Shown in pieces: positions 30,069 through 39,242 of a stretch of DNA of 64,000 nucleotides. Numbering within the stretch: the first letter of the stretch is position 1; each line of letters opens with the position of its first letter. The DNA comes from Polyangiaceae bacterium (GTDB lineage Bacteria > Myxococcota_A > Polyangia > Polyangiales > Polyangiaceae). The position numbers and the translations under genes are program-made. The notes beneath the pieces were generated by a model, which was not told the DNA's origin, searched no databases, and saw only the letters and a list, made by a program, of their open reading frames with translations. The stretch covers positions 128,001-192,000 of the forward strand of contig JBILLK010000006.1 in the NCBI GenBank assembly GCA_044376115.1. Direction: 5' to 3'.

Positions 30069-31343
30069 TCATTGACCGTCTCTTGCACTTGAAGTGTCAC
30101 TTGCGCCCACAGCCGCAACCCGTGGCCCGTCGACCAGAATCGAAAGCACCATGTCGGAAAGCACGTTGGTGACCGAGCGAGCGCGGGCAACGACCCAATC
30201 CACCGAAAGCAGCAGCGGGAGAACCTCGATTGGCAGCCCCACGGTGTTCAAGACGAGCGCGAGCGAGATGAAGCCGGCTTCCGGTACCCCAGCCACACCC
30301 ATCGCTGCGATCATGCAAATGCCGGCGGCGGCAAGCTGTTGCGTAAGGCTCAGGTCGAGTCCGCTCGCTTGCGCAACGAACAGCACCGCCATCCCTTCGT
30401 AAAGAATGATGCCGTCGTTGTTGAGGTTGGTTCCCACGCACGCGCCGAGGGTCGAGGATGCCTTGGACACACCCAACCGATCCAAAGCCCGCAACGTGAT
30501 CGGTAGCGTCGCGAGACTCGAGTTCGCGCCCGCTGCGTAGATCACAGGCTCTCGGGCAGCTCGCCAAAAGTTGCGCAGCCCAAGGCGCGAATAAAACAGT
30601 ATCCACGCCTGGTAGACGATCGCCACGTGCAAGACGAGCCCGAGGACGCCCACCGCGACGTACAGGCCGAGGCTCAAAAAGGGTGAGTAGCCTCGCTCTC
30701 CTACGGTCTTAGCCACGACGCCAAAAACAGCCAGCGGCACCAAGCGGATGATCCACCCGAGCACATGCTCGGTGCTGGACAGGAGAATCGACACGCCGTC
30801 ATCGACCACCTTGAAGCTGGTTTCGCCTTTGGCCTCTTGCTCCCGCTTCACCTTACGCAGGCCAAATCCAAAGAGCAGGGCAAGGATCACGATGCCGATC
30901 ACCGCATTTTCTACGAAGGGCTTCGTTGTGCTCTCTGGCACGTGCGAGACCAACGTCTTCAGAAAATCGATCTTCTTGCCAGCGTAGTCGGGGCCCGACG
31001 CCGAGCGCCCCGCGAGGCCGTCCTGGAGCTGGCCGCGCATGACAGTCCCAGCCTCGAGGGTGTTGGAAATCAGCATGCCGAGGCCCAACGCCAGCAGCCC
31101 GTTGAGGATGGCGAAGCCAATCATCCGGAGCCCGCCGCTCAAGCGAACGTCGGTCTTGAGGATGGCGCTGACGATGCTGAGAAACATGAGCGGAGCGGCC
31201 ACTGCCTTGATCATTTGGATGACCAGCGTTGCGATTTCACCGAACGGGCTCGCCGCTTTGCCGAGCAGCGGGCCCACCAACAGGCCCAACGCCATCGCCA
31301 GTCCAATTTGCGCCGACAGCGGGAACTTGCTCTTTTCGCTCAT
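30069..31343 (-). CDS. Dicarboxylate/amino acid:cation symporter (DAACS, GltP-like)
   Basis: Multi-TM protein with SSLATLP, TNLNNDG, GVAGVP and RSVTNV motifs. Confidence 0.92.
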   Translation of the reverse strand: MSEKSKFPLSAQIGLAMALGLLVGPLLGKAASPFGEIATLVIQMIKAVAAPLMFLSIVSAILKTDVRLSGGLRMIGFAILNGLLALGLGMLISNTLEAGTVMRGQLQDGLAGRSASGPDYAGKKIDFLKTLVSHVPESTTKPFVENAVIGIVILALLFGFGLRKVKREQEAKGETSFKVVDDGVSILLSSTEHVLGWIIRLVPLAVFGVVAKTVGERGYSPFLSLGLYVAVGVLGLVLHVAIVYQAWILFYSRLGLRNFWRAAREPVIYAAGANSSLATLPITLRALDRLGVSKASSTLGACVGTNLNNDGIILYEGMAVLFVAQASGLDLSLTQQLAAAGICMIAAMGVAGVPEAGFISLALVLNTVGLPIEVLPLLLSVDWVVARARSVTNVLSDMVLSILVDGPRVAAVGASDTSSARDGQ

Positions 31344-31412
31344 GGACTCCGCGAAGGCTACAGCACCAAGCTGCGCTTGACCCCCGCTCGTATGGGCGCG
31401 AGTCTCCGCCGC

Positions 31413-31853
31413 ATGTTGCTCGACGAGATCAAGGCTCAGATGTTCCAGGCGATGAAGGCGGGCGACTTGGTGCGTAAGGAGATCCTGCGGGTGGCGGTCG
31501 GTGAGATCACCACCGAGGCCGCTCGTCCCGGAAGGAAGGGCGACGACGAGGAGTCGCAGGCCATCCTTCGCAAGCTGATCAAGAGCACCGAGGAGACGCT
31601 GGGCTCCGAGACCGATGCGGAGAAGCGAGCAGTGCTCGAGCGCGAGCGGGCTGTTTTGGCCGAGTTCCTACCCAAGAGTCTCGATGTGCCGGCGATTGTC
31701 GAGATGCTTACCGCGGTGCACACGGCCATCCGCGCGGCCGGCAATGACGGGCAGGCTACCGGCGTTGCGATGAAGGAGCTCAAGAGCAAAGGTGCCGTCG
31801 TCAACGGCAAAGATGTCGCGCTGGCGGTTCGCCAAGTGCGAACCCCGGGCTAA
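31413..31853 (+). CDS. GatB/YqeY domain protein
   Basis: MLLDEIKAQMFQAMKAGD...E..VL..FLPK...G.AMK..K...NGK pattern. Confidence 0.85.
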   Translation: MLLDEIKAQMFQAMKAGDLVRKEILRVAVGEITTEAARPGRKGDDEESQAILRKLIKSTEETLGSETDAEKRAVLERERAVLAEFLPKSLDVPAIVEMLTAVHTAIRAAGNDGQATGVAMKELKSKGAVVNGKDVALAVRQVRTPG

Positions 31854-31996
31854 TTTCGCGAAGAAGGCCTCTGGTCTCGACCATTCGTGCGTCTTGACGC
31901 AAGATTCGTCTCAACTTGCGTTTGGTTGATCCGAGCGAATAGGCACAATCTCAACAATGGTCTACGCTGCTCTGCACGTAGGAGGACTCGAAGCGG

Positions 31997-33898
31997 GTGA
32001 AGTTCGTTTGCGACAGCTGCAACGCGAAGTACCAGATCGGCGACGACAAGGTCGCAGGTAAGACCCTCCGCATGAAGTGCCGGCGCTGCGGGCACATGAT
32101 TCAGGTGGCCGCTACGGTCACCGAGAGTTCGGTCTCGCAGAAGCCCCCGCAGGATCCGTCGGTTGGCGTCCACCAATCAGCGTTAGAGCCTTTCCCCAAC
32201 GGGGACATGGGGAACGAGGACGGAGCAACGGTGGTGAAACCGTCGCCACTGTTCCTGCTCGAGGCAGGAGGGTTAGGGGGGGTTCCTCCGTCCACGCCGC
32301 CTCCTGGTGGCATTCCGCGTCCAGGCCCCTCGGTCGCCGGAACCTCACAGCCGTTCCGCGGCGGACCGCGCATCGTGCCCCCGGCCCGGCCGTCGATGCG
32401 CAGCAGTGTGGCGCCAGCCGCTCCCGGCACGCCAGGCGCAGCTACCGCCCCTCGTGGCCAATCGATGCCGGGCGTTCAGTCGCCCGGCACGCCGGGCGTC
32501 CAGTCGATGCCGGGTACGCAGACGCAGAGCGCTCCAGGCCTGTACGGCGGTTTCGCCCGAGCCGTAAATGCTCCAAACAAGGCCGCTGACGCTCCCGCCG
32601 TGCCGACCGAGGATTGGTACGTAGGGGTGAACGGCGTTCCCCTCGGCCCGGTGCGTCTCGCGGTGCTGCGCGATAAAGCGGCGCAGGGCCAGGTGGACGG
32701 TGAGTCGCTCGTTTGGCGTGAAGGTTTCGACGAGTGGCAACCGGCGAAGACGTTCCCCGGCCTGCTCGCGATGATTGAAGAAGCCCGGCAGACCCGCGCC
32801 AGCCGTACCAATTTGCCCGCGGTTACGGCTCCCACGCCTCACGCCGCAGCCCCGCAGCCCGAGCCGAGCATCCCCTTCAACCTCGTCAACGCGCGCGGCT
32901 CAACCACTGACGTAGCGCCCGGCGGGAGTCCAGACCATGGGGGCGCGAGCAATGGCGCCTCGAACAACGGCGCCTCGAACAACGGCCCCTCGAACAACGG
33001 CGCCTCGAACAACGGCGCCTCGAACAACGGGGGCATTGTCGTTGGCAGCGGCTTTGATCCGTTCGCACCTCGCCCCGCTGAAGCTGCAGCCCCGGGTCCG
33101 TCGCAAGGCTCCAGCAATGCAAGCGGCGCTGGCACGTGGGGAGAGCAGGCCGCTGGGCCGGTTGGCTTTGGCCTCACCACCACAGGCGCGTCCGCCGCCG
33201 ATACCAACCTCGAGCCGCCCAAAAAGAAGGGCATTCACCCGGCGGTTTGGGCCTTTGTCGCGATGGCAGCAGCCTTCGGTGGCGTTGCCGCTTGGGCGAT
33301 TTTCCTACGCAAGCCCAACGTCGTCTACGTCCCTGGCGAGACCACCACCGTCGCCGGCCAAGGGCCGGGGCAAAACGTCCCACTTCCTTCCACCGGCGCA
33401 ACGAGCACCACAACGGCTGCGTCCAGCGCTGTGGTTGAGCCGCAGGTGGATGCCTCCGGCAAGCCGGTGCTCAACAGCGGCGGCGGCCCTCGCCCGTCCG
33501 CCTCGATTTCAAAGACCGGCGAATACGTCGCTCCGATCGACAATGGTGGGCCCACGGTCGTAGGGCCTTCGACGAGTGAGCCGCCTCCGAGCGACGGCCC
33601 GCTCACGTCAGGGCAAATCAGCGGGGTGGTTAGCTCCAACACCGCGCGCGTGCGCAAGCGCTGCTGGGACGCTGCCTCGAGCGGTCGTTCAGCCGACGCG
33701 CCCTCCACCGTCAAGGTTACCGCAGACATCTCGATCGCACCGAGCGGTAGCGTTTCCTCGGTCAAGGTCTCGGGCGGCAATGAGAAGTATTACCCGGGCC
33801 TCGTGAGCTGCGTTCAGTCGACGATTTCTGCGTGGAAGTTCCCCACCGCCGGTGAGTCTTCCACGGTCAAAGTGCCCTTTAGTTTTGCCGCCCAGTGA
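31997..33898 (+). CDS. Zinc-ribbon / GYF_2 / TM / TonB-C-like protein (AgmX/GltJ gliding-motility family)
   Basis: MKFVCDSC...CRRC, WYVGVNGVPLGP...LVWREGFDEW, a single TM and C-terminal C...C....WKFP; AGGAGG RBS. Confidence 0.8.
   Translation: MKFVCDSCNAKYQIGDDKVAGKTLRMKCRRCGHMIQVAATVTESSVSQKPPQDPSVGVHQSALEPFPNGDMGNEDGATVVKPSPLFLLEAGGLGGVPPSTPPPGGIPRPGPSVAGTSQPFRGGPRIVPPARPSMRSSVAPAAPGTPGAATAPRGQSMPGVQSPGTPGVQSMPGTQTQSAPGLYGGFARAVNAPNKAADAPAVPTEDWYVGVNGVPLGPVRLAVLRDKAAQGQVDGESLVWREGFDEWQPAKTFPGLLAMIEEARQTRASRTNLPAVTAPTPHAAAPQPEPSIPFNLVNARGSTTDVAPGGSPDHGGASNGASNNGASNNGPSNNGASNNGASNNGGIVVGSGFDPFAPRPAEAAAPGPSQGSSNASGAGTWGEQAAGPVGFGLTTTGASAADTNLEPPKKKGIHPAVWAFVAMAAAFGGVAAWAIFLRKPNVVYVPGETTTVAGQGPGQNVPLPSTGATSTTTAASSAVVEPQVDASGKPVLNSGGGPRPSASISKTGEYVAPIDNGGPTVVGPSTSEPPPSDGPLTSGQISGVVSSNTARVRKRCWDAASSGRSADAPSTVKVTADISIAPSGSVSSVKVSGGNEKYYPGLVSCVQSTISAWKFPTAGESSTVKVPFSFAAQ
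32951..33030 (+). repeat. 15-bp coding tandem repeat AACGGCGCCTCGAAC x5 (NGASN)
   Basis: Read directly; two substitutions across the copies. Confidence 0.95.
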
Positions 33899-34505
33899 CG
33901 CTCGTTGAGCTCGGGGGCGGTGACCAGACGTCCCCCGTCTCGCAGTCGACGTGTCGCAGCTGAACGCCTTTGGCCGAAAGGTCGAGCGTGCCGAAGACGA
34001 TCGGCAACTCGAAGCGGCGAGGTCCAATTGAACCGGGGTTGAAGACGGCAACGCCAGGCCAGCGAGCTGCGAAGGGCACGTGGGAGTGGCCGCAAACCAC
34101 CAGGTCGCAGTCCTCTTGGGCGGCGAGCCGCTTCGCCTCGGGCCGCAGGCGCGGACCGTAAACCGCGATATGGAGCAGCAAGATCGAGAAGAGCACGCTC
34201 GCGCCGTCTTTCACGCGGAGCGTGAGCACGTCGGGGAACTCGGCTCTGCCATCGATGTTGCCGCGAACGGCGTGAACCGGCGCGATCGAGCCTAACTCGT
34301 CAATCACCCGCGGATCGCCGATGTCCCCCGCGTGCAGGATGGCCGCGGGCTGAAGCGCCTGGAGCCGCTCGTGCACGAGCGGATGCGGCTTGCTATGGGT
34401 GTCGGCGACCAGAGCCAGCCGAAGACCTCCCGAGCTGGCTGCGATGTCCCGACGTTCGTGAGCAAGGGCAGGTGAGGTGGAGGCGCGGCCTCGAGTCGAT
34501 GCCAT
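33879..34505 (-). CDS. YfcE/MJ0936-family metallophosphoesterase
   Basis: ADTH, HAGD, GNID, GHSH and NPGS motifs. Confidence 0.9.
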   Translation of the reverse strand: MASTRGRASTSPALAHERRDIAASSGGLRLALVADTHSKPHPLVHERLQALQPAAILHAGDIGDPRVIDELGSIAPVHAVRGNIDGRAEFPDVLTLRVKDGASVLFSILLLHIAVYGPRLRPEAKRLAAQEDCDLVVCGHSHVPFAARWPGVAVFNPGSIGPRRFELPIVFGTLDLSAKGVQLRHVDCETGDVWSPPPSSTSVTGRQN

Positions 34506-34630
34506 GCTGCTTGGTGCAGCCGATACGCGCGCGGCGCAACGAGAACCAGCCGGGCTCCGCCGCAGGAGTGCTGGATAGAGGCCTACGGTCCGTGGTCTCG
34601 CGAGTCCTTGCGACTCTGACCGCTCTGAGA

Positions 34631-35806
34631 TCAGCGGCGTATCGTCGTAGAGCGTGGCGGGCTCAGCGGGGTAGGGGCGACGGTCGCGGTGCCTTGCGAG
34701 GTTGCGTAGCGCACCGACGCCTCGAGCACGCCGCGAGCTTCATCCACCTCCAGCTCGAGGAAGGTCGAGCGCGCTGGGCTTTGCGGCCGTTGCATGTCGG
34801 GCAGCGAGGGACAGCCGAAGCCCGGGTTCGCGTACAGATAGTCCTTCGCGAACAGCGGAGTGTCCGCGTCATCCACGCACGCGTGGGTGTGCCCCATCAC
34901 GATCACCGCGTAGCGCGCTGCTAACACCTCGGCGAAGTGCTGCAGCGAGTTGTTGGCGTCTGTGTGGAGCAGCGCCACGAAGCTCGGATCGATACCGTAC
35001 AGGCTGCGTGGGCCCGCGCCGAAGCGGGCGTATAGACCTTCGTACGCCTGGATCACCTGCTCGGCCGTGCGACTCGAGCCATCGCCCATTTGGAAGGCGA
35101 GCTGGGTGGTCTCGCCTACCGCGTCGAGGAAGGTCTCCATGATTACCCGGCTGAGCGACACGTCGTTGGCGACGAAGGTCTGAACTGCCGCTTTCAGCGA
35201 GTCGGTCAGCAGGCTGGTTCCGGTCGGATCTCCGCTGAGCGGAAGGTCCGCGACAGTGCGTCCCGGGGCCAAGCGCCGTGCCCCGTCGAGCGCGCAAAGC
35301 CGCGTGATGAAGTGCCCCAGCGGCAACGCGTTGGCCGGGTCGCCGACCGGATCCGGCGCGTTGAACAGCGAGTAGAGGTGACCGTGGGTGCACACGACCT
35401 GGCCACGACCGGCCGGGGGCTCGTAGATCGGAGAGCTGCCGGCGCGAATCGCTTGGCCAATCATCGCGCTGAGCGCCTCCGCCGTAAGCGCCATGTCGTG
35501 GTTGCCGGCGAGGAACGTTACGCGCCCTGGTAGCGCCGAGGCGACGCGCGCGAGCGCACCGTGCGCTGCGAAGATGGCCGGGTTCGCCTGCGCGATCGTC
35601 TCGAGCGTAGGCGGGCGCTCGGATGGGACGTAGGTCCATTGATCCACGAGGTCCCCAGCGATCACCAACTCCGCGACGTTGGCCGCGTTCGCGACGACGT
35701 GGTCCAGCATCGCCACCAGCAGCTCCTCATGGACCTCCCGTTGGTACCAGTTGGTGACCGCGTTCGACCCGATGTGGACGTCGCTCAAGAATACAAGTTG
35801 CGTCAT
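34631..35806 (-). CDS. Calcineurin-like metallophosphoesterase (LpxH-like fold)
   Basis: FLSDVHIG, GDLVD, GNHD, HGH and MGHTH motifs; start reassigned to MTQLVF. Confidence 0.85.
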   Translation of the reverse strand: MTQLVFLSDVHIGSNAVTNWYQREVHEELLVAMLDHVVANAANVAELVIAGDLVDQWTYVPSERPPTLETIAQANPAIFAAHGALARVASALPGRVTFLAGNHDMALTAEALSAMIGQAIRAGSSPIYEPPAGRGQVVCTHGHLYSLFNAPDPVGDPANALPLGHFITRLCALDGARRLAPGRTVADLPLSGDPTGTSLLTDSLKAAVQTFVANDVSLSRVIMETFLDAVGETTQLAFQMGDGSSRTAEQVIQAYEGLYARFGAGPRSLYGIDPSFVALLHTDANNSLQHFAEVLAARYAVIVMGHTHACVDDADTPLFAKDYLYANPGFGCPSLPDMQRPQSPARSTFLELEVDEARGVLEASVRYATSQGTATVAPTPLSPPRSTTIRR

Positions 35807-36227
35807 TCGCTTGGGCCTCGCTGCGCCCGAGCATGCTACCCGAGCTCCACCTCCTCTGCGGGGGCATAGACGGTCGCGGTGTTGCCTGGCGGGTGCACAC
35901 CGACCTCGCCGGTTGCTCCGACGCTCCCGGCGCCGAAGCCGATCTCGGGGCCGACGAGCAAGCCGAGTGGGTGCGCACCCACAGAGAGTCGAGAGGCCAC
36001 CTGAACATGGTCTGAGTGGCGTATCGGGGCTTCGGCGCTGTTGGCGAGAAGACGGCTGTGCATGATGGCAGCACGCGCAGCTATCGCTTGTCACGAGCGC
36101 CTTTCGTCGCACGGGTACGACTCGACTCTGGGAGGAAGCCCTCCGAGCAGCTCATCCGCGCCCAACAGAGAAGCACGCCGATTCCGCCATGCACGGACTC
36201 ACGTCAGCGCTGGCTCGAAGCGGGCCC

Positions 36228-36683
36228 TCAGGGGTTCGGCTCGGTGGTCTCCACCACCATCCACTCGCCGCCTGAGCAGGTCGCGGTCCAAACGGTGGTG
36301 AGCCCGCTGTCGAGGTTCACGTCCTCGTAGCGGCAGACCTGCTCGTCGGTCGAGCAGCTCGATCCCTCGTCCGGCGGAACGACGAGCCAGCCGCCGTGCG
36401 TCGCGCTGTTGGCCGAGCAGACGTAGAAGCTGGGGCAGCCCATTTCCCCGGCGTACTCGCACACCAGGCCATCGTTTTGCGTGGCTCCAAGATCACACGG
36501 CGCATCCCCCACCGTCTCCGGGCAGGAGCGCTGCGTGCCGCTACCGCCACCGATGCCTCCGGCGCCGCCGCTACCACCCGAGCCGCCGCCGCTGCCGCCA
36601 CTGCCGCCGCTCGCGCTGTCATCCCCGCACGCCGCAAGCGCAAAACCGAGCACCAGCAACCAAGGTCCAAGAAGTGATTTCAT
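36228..36683 (-). CDS. Small Cys-containing lipoprotein
   Basis: Lipobox LAAC, GGS linker and Cys-rich domain. Confidence 0.75.
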   Translation of the reverse strand: MKSLLGPWLLVLGFALAACGDDSASGGSGGSGGGSGGSGGAGGIGGGSGTQRSCPETVGDAPCDLGATQNDGLVCEYAGEMGCPSFYVCSANSATHGGWLVVPPDEGSSCSTDEQVCRYEDVNLDSGLTTVWTATCSGGEWMVVETTEPNP

Positions 36684-36875
36684 GGTCGGCCTCGCAGGTT
36701 ACTCCGCGACGCGGAGGGGAGAAAGCAGCCACGGTGGCCACCGTCGGCCGCTCGCTGCCCGAGCCGCAAGCCAACGCCAACAGCGTGGGAGCGCCGCATA
36801 GGGCGAGTGTAGTGCAAGGCGTGCGCGGTCCTGGCTTGTTTGGCCAGCTCGCCCTGCTTGCCCTAACCTGCCGCG

Positions 36876-38321
36876 ATGACAGCCTCGGGGAATACGTTTT
36901 TCTTGCGGACGTGGTTCGGTGTCTCTGCGGTGGTTACGCGACGCGACTATCTCACCGCCGGGATCAGCTTGTTCGCGCTCAAGTACGCGATCGAGGGGGT
37001 GCTCGCCTGGACCGCGACGGGGCAGTTCCTTACGCCAATCGCCTTCCTGAGTCCGTTCTACATGCACCGCGCAGCTCTCTTCGCTGCTGCGCCGCCGGGC
37101 TACAACTATGCGCTGCTGGCGGTCACCTTGCCGTTCCTTTGGGTGGGCGTGACGATGAGCGTGCGTCGTGCGGCAGACGCTCGGCTGCCGCCTTGGCTGG
37201 GCTTCGGGTTCCTCGTCCCCGGCGTCAACTTTCTGCTCATGGCGCTACTCGCAGCGAGACCCTCTGTCACAGGGGAGGCTCCGCTTCCGCGGACAGGCGC
37301 CTTTCGCGAGGCGCCGCCGGTGTCGACGCACGTTCGCAGCGGCGTCCTACAAGCTCCGTTTCTGCGGGCAGTCGGCGCGGCCTCCTTGGTCGGAGTCTCG
37401 GCCGCGGTCTTCTTGGTGGACGTCGTTCGCACCTACGGCGCTACGCTATTCTTGTTGACCCCAGCGTTCATGGGCTTCGTCGCGGCCGATGTTTACGTAC
37501 GCGGCAGGGAGGCTCTCGCGCCCGTACGAGCTAAGCCCAATCACGGGCTGATGGTCTCGCTGACCGTCACCGTCTCGCTGCTCGTGGTCGGAACCGTCTT
37601 GCTCATTACCGCCAAGGAGGGCCTCGCGTGCCTTGTAATGGCCTTCATCCCTGCGGTCCTTCTCGCTGGGCTCGCGGCGCTTCTCTACATGGCAATCCAC
37701 AAGACGGGGTCGCGGCTCGCTCGCGATTGGAAGCGCTCCCAGCTCGCGATCGCGCTGGCTCTACCAGCCATCGGCGGGGCGGAGGCGGCCACGCAGCGCG
37801 AGGTTGAGTACAGGATCACTTCGTCGGTCGAGGTGGACGCGCCGCCCGAGGCGGTGTGGGACACCGTGGTGCGCTTTCCCCCGCTCGGAGAGCCCGAGGA
37901 GTTCCTGTTCAAGGCTGGCGTCGCCTGTCCGATGAGCGCGCGCATCGAAGGGGAGGGCGTCGGCGCCGTGCGCTATTGCACCTTCACGACAGGCTCCTTC
38001 GTCGAGCCGATCACGACCTGGGATGCGCCCCACCACCTAGCGTTCGATGTCGCACAAAATCCGCCGCCGATGCGTGAACTCAGCCCGTATGAGTTCGTCG
38101 ACGCGCCTCACCTCGACGGCTTCATGTCGTCGCGCCGTGGCGAGTTCGTGATCGAAGCGTTGCCCGGCGGCCGAAGCAGGCTCTCCGGAACGACCGTCTA
38201 CACCCTCGAGATCTTCCCCGCTGCCTACTGGCGCGTTTGGACAGACGAGATCGTTCGCACCATTCACGGTCGCGTACTTCGCCACGTGAAGACCGAGTCC
38301 GAGCGCGTCGCGAAGCGGTAG
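36876..38321 (+). CDS. Membrane protein: DUF805-like N-terminus fused to a C-terminal SRPBCC/START-like domain
   Basis: Multiple TMs, SVRRAADA, then VEVDAPPEAVW...GVGAVRYCTF...IHGRVLRHVK. Confidence 0.75.
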   Translation: MTASGNTFFLRTWFGVSAVVTRRDYLTAGISLFALKYAIEGVLAWTATGQFLTPIAFLSPFYMHRAALFAAAPPGYNYALLAVTLPFLWVGVTMSVRRAADARLPPWLGFGFLVPGVNFLLMALLAARPSVTGEAPLPRTGAFREAPPVSTHVRSGVLQAPFLRAVGAASLVGVSAAVFLVDVVRTYGATLFLLTPAFMGFVAADVYVRGREALAPVRAKPNHGLMVSLTVTVSLLVVGTVLLITAKEGLACLVMAFIPAVLLAGLAALLYMAIHKTGSRLARDWKRSQLAIALALPAIGGAEAATQREVEYRITSSVEVDAPPEAVWDTVVRFPPLGEPEEFLFKAGVACPMSARIEGEGVGAVRYCTFTTGSFVEPITTWDAPHHLAFDVAQNPPPMRELSPYEFVDAPHLDGFMSSRRGEFVIEALPGGRSRLSGTTVYTLEIFPAAYWRVWTDEIVRTIHGRVLRHVKTESERVAKR

Positions 38322-38470
38322 GGCAGGCGGTGCCGATCACGACGCAGGCTGAAGGGCGGCCCCCAGAGGTCTTCGCCCGCAGCTTGGGCTTCGCGGTGGC
38401 CCGGCGTTGGTCTGCTCAAAACTAATTCTCCCAGGTCGGCTTGAGGTTGGTTTGACTCGGGCCTCGCTGG

Positions 38471-39123
38471 TTGCGCCCGACAGCCCGTTATCGAGGCCCT
38501 CCAAGAGGCCCGAGCGACGAATCCCCCCGGGGGCTGCGCTCGCCGTCGCACACCGAACGTCAGCGGCTAGGAGGCCTGCGCGAGCCGCACGTCTACTTCT
38601 CGCTACCGGCCAAGCGGACGACGCTGCTCAAGGCGCTCTCAAGCAAGTTGCCGCCGCAGATCAACGACGTGCTCTCACGCGTGATCCAACCGCGCTCGAG
38701 CGACGATGAAGAGCAACACCTGAGCGCGCTGTTGGACGCGCTTCAGGCGCGGCAGGCGGTGAGGCTCAAGTACTAAAGCGTGCTTCTCGGTTTGGTGGCT
38801 ACACGCACGGTCTCGGTCTTGCGCGTGCTGGTCGCGTCGCCCTCGCGCTTCGTCGCTTGGTGCGACAACGCGAAGGTGCTGCGCTGGTTCCGTTTGGACT
38901 CGATTCCGAGGCTGACGCTCGCTCCAGAGGTTGCGTACGTCGACGTCGCCGATGGCGAGGTGGACCGCTTCGTCGATACCTCGGTTGACGGCTATCGCGG
39001 CGAGCCGATCAAGGTGGCGTTCTACGTTGGCGCCGCAGACGCGCGCTGGGTGATGGGCAACCTCCTCTCCGGCGAGCTGAACGTCACGCGGGAGGGCGAT
39101 GGGATTTTGGTGGAAGCCGAGAC
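38471..39123 (+). pseudogene. Degraded WYL-domain transcriptional regulator
   Basis: Two same-frame ORFs separated by TAA 38774-38776 read ...LDALQARQAVRLKY*S...RFVAWCDNAKVLRWFRLDSI..., a WYL core. The N-terminal HTH is eroded and the 3' end is cut at an IS end. Confidence 0.7.
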
Positions 39124-39242
39124 TGGAGTTCCCCGGTCGCGTTGACACCAGTTATGCGGCCCGAGCGAACTCAGCTTCGACCCGGGCGGGTGTCTTGTAA
39201 CCAAGCGATGAATGAAGGCGCTGAGGATTGTAGAAGACCTCG
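39124..39242 (-). mobile_element. IS3-family insertion sequence remnant (transposase C-terminus plus right inverted repeat)
   Basis: The minus strand encodes EVFYNPQRLHSSLGYKTPARVE...AA*, followed by GTGTCAACGCGACCGGGGAACTCCA ending in CA. Confidence 0.8.

Noticed and set aside
30765..31412. 362-aa ORF upstream extension of YqeY
   Set aside because: It overlaps the DAACS gene antisense; the YqeY homology starts at ATG 31413.
35807..36227. N-terminal extension of the phosphoesterase ORF to 36112, or a small ORF at 35836-36063
   Set aside because: The extension is Arg-rich non-protein-like text, and the small ORF has no RBS or motif I can support. It could be gene debris.
38774..38776. Programmed readthrough or recoding in the WYL gene
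   Set aside because: The stop is TAA rather than TGA/TAG, and the gene is also eroded at the 5' end and IS-truncated, so decay is simpler.
39142..39170. IS-derived promoter (TTGACA in the IR) driving the truncated kinase
   Set aside because: There is no acceptable -10 hexamer at 16-18 bp spacing.
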